Source: Cyanophora paradoxa CCMP329
Lineage: Eukaryota > Plantae > Glaucophyta
Length of the DNA: 64,000 nucleotides
Reading direction: 5' to 3'
Assembly: GCA_004431415.1 (NCBI GenBank)
Contig: QPMI01000117.1
Location: forward strand, 310,001-374,000
In this document: one piece after another, positions 50,274-64,000 of the stretch
Layout: each line of letters starts with the position of its first letter
How positions within the stretch are numbered: position 1 is the stretch's first letter
Notes under the pieces: generated by a model
The model's database searches: none
What the model was told of the DNA's origin: nothing
What the model saw: the letters and a program-made list of their open reading frames with translations, nothing else
Translations under genes and position numbers: made by a program

Positions 50274-53200
50274 ATGGACCCAGCGCCGCGGTCTGGACGG
50301 GTACAACAGTAAGCGAGCCTCTCGCCAGCAATGGAGCAGGTGCGCTCGTCTGCTTGCTTGCCACGTTATGGCAGACAGCATAGAGGCTACACGGGGAACA
50401 CGGATCATGCTGCCGCCTGCGCGTGCGGAGAACGCGACGATAGCTGGTTCACGGCCGCGCGACACGCCGCGAAGGCGTAATCGCATTCGAAGCGCCCCGC
50501 GATCGTATTCGAGGGCACGTCTGACCGCCCCGCCCTTCGCAGCTCGCGCCGCTCAACCTGCGCCTCGATGGCGCGGCGATGAAGGCAGCGCAAGTGCTTG
50601 TGAAAGACAAGCTGGCCGAGATGATGTCATCGTACAGCGACGACGTGCTGCCGGCACGCCCGCGCCGCACTCGTTGTGGTTCTAGAACCGCTCTCACGCC
50701 GCGCCCACAGGAGTACATCCTCGTTATGATTGCCAACAACAAGAGCGGATTGCAAGTCGCCGCCGATCTAGACGCGTTTCTCGGGCCGCAGGCCAAGGAC
50801 TTCACAACCTGGTCCGCTCTCCGCAGCCGGTGACTCGGGCGAGCCGCTGACGAACGCCCCCGCCGCGCAGGTTGTGGAGCTCGCTGACAAACCCCGACAT
50901 CCGATCCGCGATCCTCGCCGGCCGCGGTGAGCCCGCGACTCTACTCCGGAGCCCGCATCGCTGACCCCCGCTCAGCGCCCTTCGCGCATACGGGACCGGT
51001 GAACATCCGCCCAACGACGGACGGATCGGCCCCGGGCGGTCCGCAGAAGCAGGAGCAGCCCCTGAACCACGTTTTGAACAACGTGCCTCCGGCCCGCGCG
51101 CCCGGCTCCGGCGGGTCTGCCTCCTCGCTCGCGCGCTGCCGCCGGCGCGCCGACGCTAAGCGCTTCGTCCTCTCAGCTACGACATCGTGGTCAACGCGGA
51201 CGACATGCTGGAGGAAGGGGTGAACTACGAGGAGGAGGAGAGGAAGAAGCGGGAGCGAGAGCGGGAGGCCCGCGACCGGGAGCGGGAGCGCGAGCGGGAG
51301 CGCGAACGCGAGCGCGAGAAGGAGCGCGAGCGCGAGCGGGAACGACGCGAGCGGGAACGTCGCGAGCGTGCGCCTCGTTTCTCTCGCGCTGCTCTCCTCT
51401 TCTTTTCCTTTTCGCTGACCACCCATGCGGCCCGCAGAAGAGCGAGAGCGAGAGCGCGAGCGGGAGCGGGAGAGGGAAAGGGAGCGCGAGAGGTGCCGGC
51501 TCCCGGTCCCTTCCGTTGGGGCGCCTCCTGCAGGCGCGTGACTCGCCTCCCGCCCGTCGCAGGCAGAGGCGGCGGTCCCGCAGCCGCTCGCGGAGCCGGT
51601 GCGCCGTTCGGTTTGCCTTGCTTCGCCCGCGCCCGCGCCTGACGCGACCCGCCGGCAGGGAGAGGCGGAGCCCCGGGCGGAACAACCGCAACCGCAGCCC
51701 GCCGCGGCCGCGCAGCCGCAGCCCGCGCCGGAGCCGCTCCCCGACCCGCAACCGCAGCCCCCGCCGCGCCGACCCGAACGAGCGGTAGCCCCTTCCCCCG
51801 CCCTCCCGCCCGGCGCGCGCGGGTTCGAGGCCGGCGCAGGCGGTTCTACGACGAGCCTGCGGAGGCGGCGCCCGTGCGGGGCCCGTCCTCCGTCGTGCGG
51901 CCGGCGCGAGAGCCGCTGCGGGAGCCGCCCGTCGGCGGCGGCCGCATGCTCATCAACGCCGGTCCGCGTACCCCCCCCCCCCCCCCCCCCCGCCGCGCGG
52001 GTCCCGCGCCGCCCCACTTTACTCACCCCTTCGTCCGGCGCAGTGCGCGTCGCTGCCAAGTCGGCGGAGGAGCTGGGCGGTCATATGGACGAGGGTCCGT
52101 CGCCGCCGCCACAGCCGGCCGGCGGCTCGCGGCGCGGCCGGCGCGGCCGCGGCGCCCCGGCGGTCGAGCCCGAGGTGTGCGGGCCCGCCTCCTACCCTCC
52201 CCGACCCGCCCCGACGCGCCCCGCAGGCGCTGGCGATGGTTCAGCAGCTGCCGGCGCTGATCAGCGACCTGCGCTCGTCGCTGGAGGAGATCCGGGGGCA
52301 GCGCGCGGCCGCCTCGCCGCCGGCGGCGCCCGGCGACGAGGCGGCGGGCGCCGGCGCCGGCGTGACGGACCTGCGGGAGACGCTGCGGCTCAAGAAGGCG
52401 GCGGGGTCGGGCAAGGGCAAGGGCCGGCAGCAGCAGCAGCCGGGCCAGGGCGCCGCCCTCTTCGGCACCGCCGTGCGCGAGCTCGAGGCGCAGGGGCCCT
52501 CCAAGCGCAAGCGCGGCGGCCGCGGCCGCGGCGGCCGCGGCGGGAGCGGCGGGGAGGAGGAGGGGTACGAGGACGAGGAGGAGGAGGCGGCGGCGGCGGC
52601 GGCGGCGGGGGACGCGGTCTTCACGGTGACGCTGGGCGAGGAGGGCGAGCCATACGACGACTACGAGGGCGAGGGCGAGGGCGAGGGCGATGAGGGCCCA
52701 ACGAAGCGTGTACGGTGCGCGCGCGCGGGGGGCGCGCCTCTGATGGGCCGGGCGCCTCTGATGGACCGACCGGACCGGCGGAGCGCAGGTGCGCCTTCTG
52801 GCCCAACTGCGGCAAGGGCGACGCCTGCGCCTTCCACCACCCCTCCAAGCCCTGCCGGTACCGTACTCCCCCTCTCTCCCTCCCCCGGGGGGTACCTGAG
52901 GCTTCGCCCAGGAACTGGCCGGACTGCTCGTTCGGGGACAAGTGCCTGTACCTCCACCCGGCTCCCAGGAGGGGCCCCCCCGCCCCCTGCCGCTACGGCC
53001 CCGCCTGCACGAACCCCGCCTGCACCTTCGCGCACCCGCCCCCGCCCCCGCCCCCGCCCGTCCTGCCCGCCCCGTCCGCCCCGCCGTGCCGCTACGGCCT
53101 CGGCTGCACCAACCCGGCCTGCGCCTTCGCCCACCCGCCGCCCCCCATGGGCCGCGGCTTCGGCCGGGGCGGCCGCGGCGGCCGCGGCGGCGCCGGGGCC

Positions 53201-53595
53201 GTCGTGCACTGCAACCTGTCGCTCCGCAAGGCGCCGAGCGGGGCGCTGGTGGGCCGCCCGGCCCCGGCCCCGGCCCCGGCGGCCGCGCGCGGAGGGGCCT
53301 CCGGCTCCGGCTCCCGCACGTGGGTGAACCCCGCAGTCAAGGCCGCCATGCGCAAGCCCCTCGCCGGCCCCATGCCCGCCCCCGGTCCGCACCCATCCCC
53401 CCCCTTTGGTTTTAGCTTCCCCGTTCATTTGAGATAGATCCTTAGCTTTTCAGCTTGGTTTTAGCCGACAAAGATGCCGCTCCCCTTTCGCCCCGCTTCC
53501 CTGTTGACCCTCCCTCTTTCGCCGCAGCGGAGGCGAGCGCCGAGTCCATCGCGAAGCTCAGCAGCTCTCTCCCTAAGACGCCCCCGCGGGAGTGA
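50274..53595 (+). CDS. Nab2/ZC3H14-like poly(A) RNA-binding protein (PWI-like + RE/RS-rich + tandem CCCH fingers)
   Basis: DDVLPEYILVMIANNKS...LDAFLG...FTTWLW; CAFWPNCGKGDACAFHHP; CRYGPACTNPACTFAHP. Start may be 50579. Confidence 0.8.
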
Positions 53596-54460
53596 GCGGC
53601 GCGCTTCGGGGCGCGGGCGGCTGAGATCAAGCATCTTTGCAGTGTCTGTTCGCTAGTTAAATTTTTGTCGGGCGGAACTGCGGCCCCACATGCAGGCTTC
53701 AGCTTGTCCGAAGTTTGCAGGCGGGGGCCGGGGCTGTGGACGAGACAAGGGCCGGGGCCGAGCGAACTTCACGATCGATCTTCGTGGCCATCGTGCGGCT
53801 GCAGATGGGAATTAGCCATCGTCTCGGGCTGCAGCGAGGGACCGGGCGGCGCGTTTCCGCGCATGTGCGCAGTCGGCTGCTCGCTGATCATGATCAATGA
53901 TCATCGGATCTGTGTCGGACGGCCGGGCGCTGCAGCTTTGCAGACTTGTCTGAACTGAATGAATGAACGCCCTGACACGATTTTTGAATCGATTTTCGAC
54001 ACGATTTTCGATTTTTGAAGCCACCGCGCCGGCGAGCACTCGTTTGCTAGCCGCCCGAGCGCAAGGCTCGCGCTCGTTGCGCAGTTGGCTGTTCCGTGAT
54101 TTGTGTCGGACTCCGCGGCCGGCCCGGCGGGACGGCTTGTCCGAACGGTCTGACACGATTTCATGAGCCTCGAATCGCTTTACTAAAAGTTAGCCTAGAC
54201 GTCCAAATTAGCCTGAAGCCAGCGCCCCGGAGAGCCCTCTCTTGCTCGCGCCCGGCGCTCGGCGACTCGGCGATACTACACAATGCATACTACGCAATCG
54301 TGAGAAGCATGCTCGAGTCTCTGGTCCGACTCTGGAGGAGGCGGGACATCAATGTGCGTCTGCACCATGCATTCAAAGCTAAGCTCGGCGCTGCGCAAAG
54401 AGAGGCGGGCCGGGCAGCGGGGAGGGCCGGGCAGGGGCCAGGGCCCCTCCTAGATTGTAG

Positions 54461-57400
54461 TTACAGCGAGGCCTCTTCTCGCTTGGCCTCAGGCGCCGGC
54501 TGCGGGCTCGGGCTCGAAGCCGCGGGGCTCGGGCCCGCCGCCGGCGCCTCCTTCGCAGCGGACGCGGCCGCCGCCGCCGCCAGGCGGGCCCGCAGCCTCG
54601 CCGCCGCCTCGTCCTGCGACGAACCCGCCGCGTCAGCGAGCGCCGCTGTGCATATACCCGGGCTCAAGCAGCAGAGCCCCAGCCTCCTCCTAGCCTAGCC
54701 TAGCCCTTCTCCTAGCTAGCCTAACCCGCCCTCCCGCCCTACCCCCCTAGCCCTCCCTAGCCCCCCTCCTAGCCTAGCCTCACCTGGCTGATCTCGCCGC
54801 GGTGGAGGGCGCTGAGCGTGGCGCCCGTCTCGCGGTCCCGCTCCAGGATCTTCACCTGCGCGGGGCGGGGGTCAGGCGGGACGGGGCCGGCCGCGCTTCG
54901 AGGGGGCGCGCGCGGGACCCGGAAAGCAATGTGAAGCCCCGAATCGAGGCCGGGCGAGGGGATTCGCTTGGGACGCCGGGCAGAACGCGGCTGAGGCCAC
55001 TATTTGGAGGAAAGGTATGGAGCTATAATTCAAAGCCGGGCGATGTTATTCGCTCAGGTCGTAACTGTCCTAAATCAAAGCCGGGCGAGGGGGCTCGCCC
55101 TGTTGGAGGTCTTCTCGAGCGGGGTGATCTAGAGCGAAACTCTATGACGCCGCAAAGCTCTACAATCCTAAACGCTAAAGCGCGAGAGCGCTTCCTGTAC
55201 AATCCTACTTCTATGAAGACCTAGATCAGAACTCTTATAAAGATCTAAAATCCTAAGTGCTGGAGCGGGAGGGCGGGCGCCTTGCTGGAGGTCTTCTCGA
55301 GGGGGGTGATCTTGTGGGCCCAAAGCAGATCCGCCAGCGCCCGCAGCTGCTTCACGATCTCCGGCTCCTCCCCTGCGCCCCCGCCCGCCCTCAGCCTTCA
55401 GCCTTCAACGGTTAACATATCGGCATGCAATCTCTCTCTGATTCATATATAGTCACGATGTGGAGCAGTCGGAGGGTTCGAGAGCGTAAGCGCACCCTGG
55501 CTCGTGGAGGCGGGGGTACGTGCGGACGCCGGGGTACCGGCGGCGGCGGCCGCCGCGCCCGCGCCTGGCGGCGCTTGCGGCGTGGCCGGTATCGAAGGGG
55601 CCGACGAGGCCGCCGGCGAGGGGGGTACGCCCTCCGCCTCCTTCCGCTTCTGCGGATGGGGGTAAGGGCACGTCCAGGAAGGGGGGTACGGAGCCGAACG
55701 TTCTGGGCCTTGAGGCACTTGTTGCAGAGATGGCGGCCTCCCCTACCCCCCGACGTGGCCTGCGGGGTACCGGTGCCCCTTGAGGGACGAAGAGGGGGGT
55801 ACAGGCGAAGGGCGAACCTGAGCGCCGCAGGTGGCGTGCAGGGCGCGCCCGCAGTTGTCGCACGGGACGGAGGGCGTACCCCCGTCCCGCCGGATGCCCC
55901 CTCCGCAGATCCCGCAGTGGTTCAGCGAGCCGGTCGCTGCGGGGTACGGCGTCACGCGAAGCGTAGGGGGTACGACGACGAAGGCGCCGGGCCGCGCACC
56001 GGTTGTGGTTGTACCCGACGAGGGCGCAGAGGCGGCGGCGGCAGTGGATGTGGCGGTCGTTCGCTCGGCAGAGCTACGGTGACTCTCAGCGGGGCGGAAA
56101 AGGAGGGGGTCGCGGAGTCTAGGGCGCTGCATGTCACCTCTTGCCGCGCGTGATGTGCTTCTGCCAGCGGCGGTACCCGTCCGACGTCTTCCACCGGTAG
56201 TAGTGCTGGATAACGTCGCCGTACCCCTTGCGGCTCCCCGCCTGCCGGCCCGCCGCGCGGTGAGACGGACGAGGACAAGGAAGGAAGGACAATCGTCAAG
56301 GGGCGAGCGAGGACGTCGAGCGAGGAGAACGGAGAGGGGGCGGGCGCGGCGCACGTTCTGGAGGGCGCGGAGGGTGGTCGTGAAGTCGCGCGAGGCGTTC
56401 ACGAAGAGCGTACGGTCGAACTGCTCCCGCTCGTACGCCTGCCACCCGTCCTCTGCAGGCGCCCCCGCGGGGTGAGCCGGCGGGCGGTCGAGAAAGCGAC
56501 GCATCTTCTCGGCAGCTCTCATGGTCACCAGGCAGCTCGAAGGGGCGGGAGGCCAGGAGGGTCCTAGCCACGCTCGGCTCGTACTTTGCCCGGTGCAGCG
56601 TCTGGGAGGCGGCGTTCAGGGGTACGGGACTCGTCGTCCGGGGGGGTACGGGGCGCACGTGGATGGAATGCTCGCGGACGGAAGTGAATCGGTTCATGCC
56701 CATCTGCAACGCGGGTTCGAATCCGGCCGAGGATATATAACGGCGGGGTACGGCGGGGTCGGACCTCGTAGGGCATGCTGTTCTCGAACATGTCCTCGGC
56801 GCGCTGCATGTACGCCTCCACTGGGGGGTACAGCGTCGACGGCGGGGACGGGCGGGCGCGGGGGGGGGTACGAGCGCACGGGCAGCGGGGTCGAGGTGCC
56901 CCGGGAACCAGCAGAGGCGGGGCTTAGAGAAGTCTGAGGGGTACGTTAGTTCAGCAGGGGCGCAGAGGTACCCCACTACCCCGCACCGTTGGGGCTGGTC
57001 TCCGCGGGGTCCGGCCCGTCCTCCTCGGGCGGGGGTACCCCCGGCTTCGGCGAGTCCAGGGGTACCGCGCAATCCGGAACGACCGCCTGGTACCGGGGGC
57101 CGAGGCGGGGCCAGGAGTAGTTCCGGAAAGCTGCGGGGGTACGGGATGGATCAGAGGCGCGGGGGCGGGGGGTGGGGGGGGGAAGGAAGGGCGACGGTGT
57201 GGCGGGGGTACGCACATTCCTCGACCTTCACCTTTTCCTTTGTCTTGGCTACAGGCTGCGGGGAAGTGGGTACGATTAAGAATCCTGCACGGGTAGAGGA
57301 GACGGCCGGGTACGGGGCACCTCGGCCGCCGTCCAATCGTCCTCGACTGGCCTAGGGGGATACGTGAGCGGGCGTAGGGGAGCGCAGGGGGAGGGCGGCG

Positions 57401-58200
57401 CGCCTCCGGCCTCGACGGGAGGTGCGGATAATCATCGTGCTGGAACGAAAGTAGGCCACCGCTCTGCGCATCTTGTCGAGCTGCGGGCCCGACGCCGGCC
57501 TGCGGGCGGGGCGCGGGGTCGGCTCCTCGAGAAACGAAGGAATGGAGGGGACGCGGGGAGAGGGATACCGCGTTCCGGGGGACCGGGCGAGATTCAGGAG
57601 GAAGCCCCGGACCGTGGCCGCGAGGTCTGCGGGGGGGTACGCCCGATCGGCGGGGGGTCGAACCGGGACGGGAGGCGGGGGAGGGGTACCGGCTGCGGCG
57701 GCCTCGCGGGCCTTGCGCGTATCGGGGCTCTCCTCGTCAGAGCTGTACCCGTCGTCGGCGAACGGGCCGCCGCGGCCGCCGTCCCGCTCGCTGTCGTTCT
57801 CGTCCCCGGATCCGTGCTGCTGCCGCAATGCGTCCTGCGCGCGGATCACCTGTCAGGAACGGGGACCGCGCGGGGGTACCGCGGCCTCGCACCATGGCCT
57901 CCCTGACGACGGGGTCGCCCCCCCTCCTCCGCCTCTTGGGCGGCGGCTGCTTCCCCTCCGCCGCCGAGCTGACTCCGGACTCTGAGTGCGCGTCCTCTGC
58001 GCTCTCCCGCGGCTGGGCCGGCGTCGCCTCCGCGCCCTCCTCCGCGCCCGACTCCATGGCGCCGTCATCCCGCGCCGAAATGGTGGGCGAGCCCGTCGCG
58101 AGAACCGAGGGCGAGCCGTCCGCCTGATCGTCGTCCGCGCCCGCCTCGCCCTCCTTCTCCCTCGTCGGGCTGCCGGGCGACCGCCGTGAGCTGCCTTTGC
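54461..58200 (-). CDS. Chromatin regulator with ELM2-SANT and PHD finger
   Basis: PRLGPRYQAVVP (ELM2), W..YEREQFDRTL...YYRWK (SANT), CGICGG...CDNCGRALHATC...CNKC (PHD). 5' end uncertain. Confidence 0.75.
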
Positions 58201-59014
58201 AAGCCGTGCGAACAGCAAGGCAAGGCGTCGCGACCCGGCGAGGGGCGCTCTCCGGGGCAAGGATCCGTGCTAAAGCTATGCAGCGGATACGTTCCGCGCC
58301 GCCGGGGCTCCTCGCTCTGTCTGCGCTCGCGGCGCGAAGCACCTTCCGTCGGCTGGGTCGTCGTCCTGGGTCATCGCCGCGTTTCAGGTGGAGTCGAAGC
58401 TCCCTCCAGACGCCTGCGGCGAGACGCGGGACGCGACGCGGCGGTCAGCGCCGCCCGTCCCTCTCGCGCCATAAATGCGGCGCGATGCGCCCCTCGCGGC
58501 GCTTCGAGCGCACCTCCAACACGTCGTGTGCCAGCAACCGGGGCTTTTGGACCTCAAGGTGCCCAACTTCGGGCCCGATCCCGCCCTTGTTTGAGAGGGG
58601 CAAGGCCTCTTTCCCCTGTACCCCCCTGGCCAACAATTCAAGAAGTAAATGTACGGGCTCGCCCTCCGGATCTTCTGAACCTGCACAATCACCTAAGCTG
58701 GCCTCATTGCCCACTAACGTTAACTGATCATCTGGTCGCCATCGCATGCAAATGCGCATGCATTCCGAAGTTCCAAGCCTGCCGCGCCAGGCCTAGGCTG
58801 CAGCTGGCTTAAGCTTCCTACCCGGCGTAACCAGTAGGCTCATCTTTCGACTTGACACTTTACGGACACCTCAGTTCTATTCCTAGCCGTATTGTCTTGG
58901 TGTGTGCGAATTCCGAAGTTCATTGATAAAAGGCTGCAGCGCTAGCTGGCGAGGCCTAGCTATAGGCCCTGATGCATATGCCGGGCTCCATGATCACGCC
59001 GACGGGGCCTAGGC

Positions 59015-61100
59015 CTAGGCCTCGCACAGGGCGAGGGCGTGGAAGCCGCCGACGGAGACGTCGCGGCAGTGCGCGAGGCCCGGCACCGCCACCGGCCTCC
59101 CGAAGGGCACCTCGGCGCCCCGCGGCGCCCGCTGCGCCTGCACCTGCCGCGCGCCCGCCCCCGCCGAAGGCTGCAGCTGCGCCAGCAGCGCCTTCGCGAG
59201 CCCACCGAAGACGTACACGTTGCCGGCGTCTGCCGGGGGACCAAGGAAGGTTAATTAAGCTTCGAACTCAGAGAAGGGCGGCGATTTGATCCGCGCGCAC
59301 CGGTGACGGCGGCCGTGCTGTAGTACCCGGCGGCGATGCGGACGACGCGCTGGCCCTCCAGCGCCGCCGGAGAGAGACCCGCGACCGGCTTCGGCTCGTA
59401 CACCGAGTACTCGTCCCCGTGGCCCAGCCTGCCCGGCCCGAGATCAGATCAAATTCAGATCAAATCTACTCAGGGGGCTGGCCTGCCGTGCTGGCCCCAG
59501 CCTGGATGGACGAACGAGAGTTTCAGGGGGCGGCGCGCAGGGCGGGGATCCGGAGGTGGCGGCGGGGCGCACCGAACGTGTACACGGTGCCGTCCTCTGG
59601 TTCGAAGGAAGCAGCGGGGTTAGAGGGGGCGAGGGGGGCGGGCGAGGGCGGCGGCGCGAGCGCGAGAGCCCACCGTCCAGGAGGGCCGAGTGGTGCGATC
59701 CGGCCGCCACCTGCGAGAGACGGGGAGAAGCGTGCGGGAATGCTAGCGTCAGAGGGCTGAGGAAGAGAGAGGGACTGCGGGCCGGGGACAGGGCGGCGGG
59801 CCTGGACGATGGGCCTCGGGGCGGGGACCGGGTGCGGCGAGACGAGGCTGTCCGTGTCCGCCACGCTGCCCCCGTGGCCCAGCCGCCCGTACGTCGCTGC
59901 GCCCCGCTCGTGATCGAGGGCGAAAGAAAGAGAAGAAGAGCGGCTTACCCCTCCCCCAGGAGAAAACGGAGCCGTCTGAAGTCGAGGCGAGGACGTGCTC
60001 CGACCCGCACGCGATCGAGGCGACGCGCGCCCCCCCGAGGTCGACCTCCGCCGGCTCGGAGACGAAGCTCGAGTCGCCTGCGCCGAAAAAGCTTGAGGGA
60101 GGGGGAGAGACGGGAGGGGGGTAAGACACGCCTTCCCCCTCGTTCACGATGGGGCGCTGCCGGTACTTGAACAGGTACCTGCGCGGTATTCGTGCGATGA
60201 GACGGTATCCCTAAGGCGGGCGGGCGGGGGGAGGCGACTGGGGGTACGCGCTTCTTGGAGTAGGCGATGACGGGCTGGAGCCTTCCGGCGTAGCGCCGGC
60301 CCCAGAAGAGGACCTGGCCGCCCGCTGTGAGCGCCGCGCTGTGAAAATCGCCGGCTGCGACCTGCCCGCGGGATCAAATCGCGGATCAAAATCGCGGATC
60401 AAATTGCGCGCCTGGACGATGCGGTCCTCGGGGTCGCTGGGGCCGCAGAGGGAGGCGACGGGCGCGGGCGCGGGCCGGTCAGACGAATTTCCGTGCCCCA
60501 GCTTGCCGCTGGAGCCGAGGCCAAACGAGAGGAGGCGCCCCGCGCTCGTGAGCACCTGCCGCGGGCTCGTCCGCCCGCGGGCGCCGAGGCGGAGGGCGGG
60601 CTGCAGGTCCGCGCACGAGCGAGTGATCCATGGCCGAAGAGACCTGAATCACGCGCTCTGCCGCGGGCGCGTCGGGTAGCGCGACGGGCCTGCGGCACGC
60701 GCGGAGCACGTCAGCGCGGCCCGAAGCGACCGCGCGTCTCGAGGCAGGACGTGCCCAGGATCCAGCGGAGGAGACGACGATGGAACCGCCGACTGCGTCC
60801 CGCGCCCCGTAGTCGCCGCCGCGCCGCACGTCCAGATCTAGAGCGCGCCGTCAGCCGTCCACGCGGACGAGTTGACGTAGCTGCCGGTCGCGGAGCCCCG
60901 TCAGCGCTTGGAGAAATGCAAGTCGGCGCTGGATTCACACCCTGCAGCGACACCGGCAACGCGCGCCGGGAAGAGGTTCGCGGCGGCCGGCAAACTTGAG
61001 CGCTCGTCGGCATCGCTGACGCGGCCGAGCTGCCGCTCGCCCCCGCGACCGCAGCTGAAGCACTGCATGGGCGCATGCCGACCCGGCGGACTTGAGGCTG
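59015..61100 (-). CDS. RCC1-repeat (UVR8/RCC1-like) protein, copy 1
   Basis: GRLLSFGLGSSGKLGHG, IACGSEHVLA..DGSVFSWG, RIAAGYYSTAAV, DVSVGGFHALAL. Start approximate. Confidence 0.85.
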
Positions 61101-63037
61101 CCACCGAGCTCGCGATCGAGACGCCGCGCGTGGGCGGGCGGCAGCTGCACGGCCGCCGCAGCGCCAGGGCGTATACGTAGGCAACGAATCGATGAGAAGT
61201 GAACTATCCGACAGCGCCGGCCTTGCGGCCCTTGCCCGCGGGGCGTGGCACGCCGTTTGCGTGCTTGATTCAACTTCAGGCTTGGGCGTCGATTCAACTT
61301 CAGGCTTGCTTTATCTTTGAAGCTAGCTGCATACATAGCGGGCATGCGCACGACACCGAGAGCTGGCTGCAATCGTCGGGAAGCGTGTACCCCGGGCCCA
61401 AAGCCGGGGCCGCCGGGCCTTAGCCGGCTCAATTGAAGCCAATATTCCGGAAAGCGAGGGCTTGGCACTGTTGGCAGCCGCTTGCAAGCGAGGCGCGCGC
61501 AACCGCGCAAACAAACTCGATCAATTGCAAGCCATTTTGGAGGGCCCGCGGCCGCCTCGAGCTCGGTTTTATTCGGAACAAGCACGCGAACATGGCGTCG
61601 CGCACGAAGGGGATCGCAACACTGCGTGAAGCAACTCCTTCGCAGCCGCAGAGCTCAAGGTGCACTCTAGTTCGTTCTCCGCTCCGCTCCACCGCTGACC
61701 ATAATCTTGATTCATGATCAGGCGCACCGGCCGCGGCGGCGCTGCAACGCAGAGCTCAAGGTGCACTGAAGTTTGCCGCTCCGGATCCGCTCCGCCGCCG
61801 ACTGTGATATCGATCTTGATTCAGGCGCACCGGCAGCGCTAGCGCTGCAAGCGGGCGCCGATATTCGCAAGCAGAGGTGCCACATGCGCTTCGTTGCCGC
61901 TCCGTCAACGCGCTCGCAGACCTCGCTTTCTCACTTGCTCGCAGGTGGACGCTCTTGTGGCGGTGGGTCGGGAGCAGGGTCGGGAGGAGGTACTGGTGCG
62001 AAGCTTCGTTTTCCCTGCCGCCTTCAGCTGCGTCTGCTGACCGCTCGTTGACGCGCTGGTGTCGCGCTGGTCTCCACTTCGAAATGCAGGCGCGCTTCTT
62101 TCCATGGACCCGCGCCCTGATCCGATTGTGGCCGTGGAGACCTGACCTGCGGGATTTTCGCTCGAGCAGGCAATAAGCGACCATACAGCGGCCGTTTTCG
62201 CTGGTCTCGCAGCATACTCATCGTTTGCTGGGCATATGTGTGCCTCAATCAGTGAAGAGCCAGTTAGCCCCTGGCCGCGGTTAGGGGTGTATGCCAAGCG
62301 CCTCCAAAGCTTCGCTGTTCTCTGCGGCGCGGAGGCAGTCGAAATCTGGTCTCGAAAGCAATAGCCTATAGCTAGCTAATAGCTATAGTAGCCTATAGCT
62401 AGTAGCGCTAGCGGCAGTATCAGCACATCGCGCCGATGATCATGATGGCTTCAGGATTCAGCAGACTGGCAGCAGTGTGCGTGTTGCTGAACAAATGGCA
62501 TATGCATCCGGATCCAGGCCGCGGGGCGTCGCGCATCATGGCAAGGAGGTGGGTTGCAAGGCCTCGCAGCGCTAGCAGCGCGTTGCTAAGGGTCCAGCTG
62601 CAGCGCGCAATGGACGCGTTAAATTGTAACGAGCAATTTAATTTGCAAGTCCTTGCTGAGCAGGAGTGGCCTTGGGCCTTGGGGCTTGCAATTGAAGGCG
62701 TGAGGGTGGCCGTTCTTTGTTTTTATCATAGTATAATTAAACGGGGCCCCGGGCCCGCAACCGCGCGCGGTTACCGAAGGGAGGGGAAAGGAGAACACGC
62801 TCAAGTGAGAGGGTACAGAATTGTGCCGCAAGGGTACAGATCTTGCGATGAGCGGGATGCGCTAATATAAGCTATAAGCAGTTGGCTGGGCCCGAAGGCG
62901 CCCCAAGCAAGAGCCTCGGAGGGAAGTAAAGCCAATAATCCATCAGGCCGTCGGCACCATTATGAAGAACTGGGCCCAACAAGAAAAGCTGGGTGAGGGA
63001 CCCCCGCGGCCGGGCCTCATGATCACGCGGACGGGGC

Positions 63038-64000
63038 CTAGGCCTCGCACAGGGCGAGGGCGTGGAAGCCGCCGACGGAGACGTCGCGGCAGCGCGCGAG
63101 GCCCGGCACCGCCACCGGCCTCCCGAACGGCACCTCAGCGCCCCGCGGCGCCCGCTGCGCCCGCCGCCCGCCCGCCCCCGCCGCAGGCTGCAGCTGCGCC
63201 AGCAGCGCCTTCGCGAGCCCACCGAAGACGTACACGTTGCCGGCGTCTGCCGGGGGACCAAGGAAGGTTAATTAAGCTTCGAACTCAGAGAAGGGCGGCG
63301 ATTTGATCCGCGCGCACCGGTGACGGCGGCCGTGCTGTAGTACCCGGCGGCGATGCGGACGACGCGCTGGCCCTCGAGGGCCGCCGGAGAGAGCCCCGCG
63401 ACCGGGTTCGGCTCGTACACCGAGTACTCGTCCCCGTGGCCCAGCCTGCCCGATCGAGGTCAGATCAAATTCAGATCAAATCTACTCGGGGGGCTCGCCT
63501 GCCGTGCTGGCCCCAGCCTGGATGGACGAACGAGAGTTTCAGGAGGCGGCGCACAGTGCGGAGATCCGGAGGCGGCGACGGGGCGCACCGAACGTGTAGA
63601 CAGTGCCGTCCTCTAATTTCGAGGAAGAAGCGGGGTTGGAGGGGGCGAGGGGGGCGGGCGAGGGCGGCGGCGCGCGCGAGAGAGAGAGCCCACCGTCCAG
63701 GAGGGCCGAGTGGTGAGATCCGGCCGCCACCTGCGAGAGACGGGGAGAAGCGTGCGGGAATGCTAGCGTCAGAGGGCCGAGGACGAGGCGTCGCGGGCCG
63801 GGGACAGGGCGGCGGGCCTGGACGATGGGCCTCGGGGCGGGGACCGGGTGCGGCGAGACGAGGCTGTCCGCTACGCTGCCCCCGTGGCCCAGCCGCCCGT
63901 ACGTCGCTGCACCCGCTCGTGATCGAGGGCGGAAGAAAGAGAAGGGAAAGAAGAGCGGCGTACCCCTCCCCCAGGAGAAAACGGAGCCGTCTGAAGTCGA
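63038..64000 (-). CDS. RCC1-repeat protein, copy 2 (5' part outside window)
   Basis: Highly similar to 59015-59985 including introns; offset ~4.02 kb. Confidence 0.88.

Overview
Eukaryotic nuclear DNA: GC-rich, with many 50-120 bp GT/GC-AG introns. It is inferred to be from a glaucophyte-like alga; this is not proven. Positions ~1-13730 look like the right end of an endogenous large DNA virus. This segment has densely packed, mostly intronless ORFs encoding putative virion fibre proteins, Cys-rich Zn proteins and a GNAT-like protein. It also has a 173-bp tandem repeat and a 69-bp inverted repeat enclosing bZIP/bHLH sites between two spliced divergent genes. The top finding is a small viral ORF (9034-9300) resembling NblA, the phycobilisome-degradation adaptor, preceded by a Phe-containing plastid-transit-peptide-like leader. 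No capsid or polymerase hallmark gene lies in the window, so the virus class is unresolved. Host genes follow: a PelF/Gtb3-like GT4 glycosyltransferase, an apparent patatin phospholipase-PDR/ABCG transporter fusion, a cyclophilin and a decayed partial copy, a Nab2/ZC3H14-like gene, an ELM2-SANT/PHD gene and tandem RCC1-repeat genes. A nested transposon cluster at 35.7-44 kb contains hAT and TA-targeting MITEs and a 5'-truncated LINE with a 15-bp TSD and an unusual 3' extension. All family assignments rest on motif recognition by eye, not database searches, and exon boundaries of multi-exon genes are approximate unless stated.
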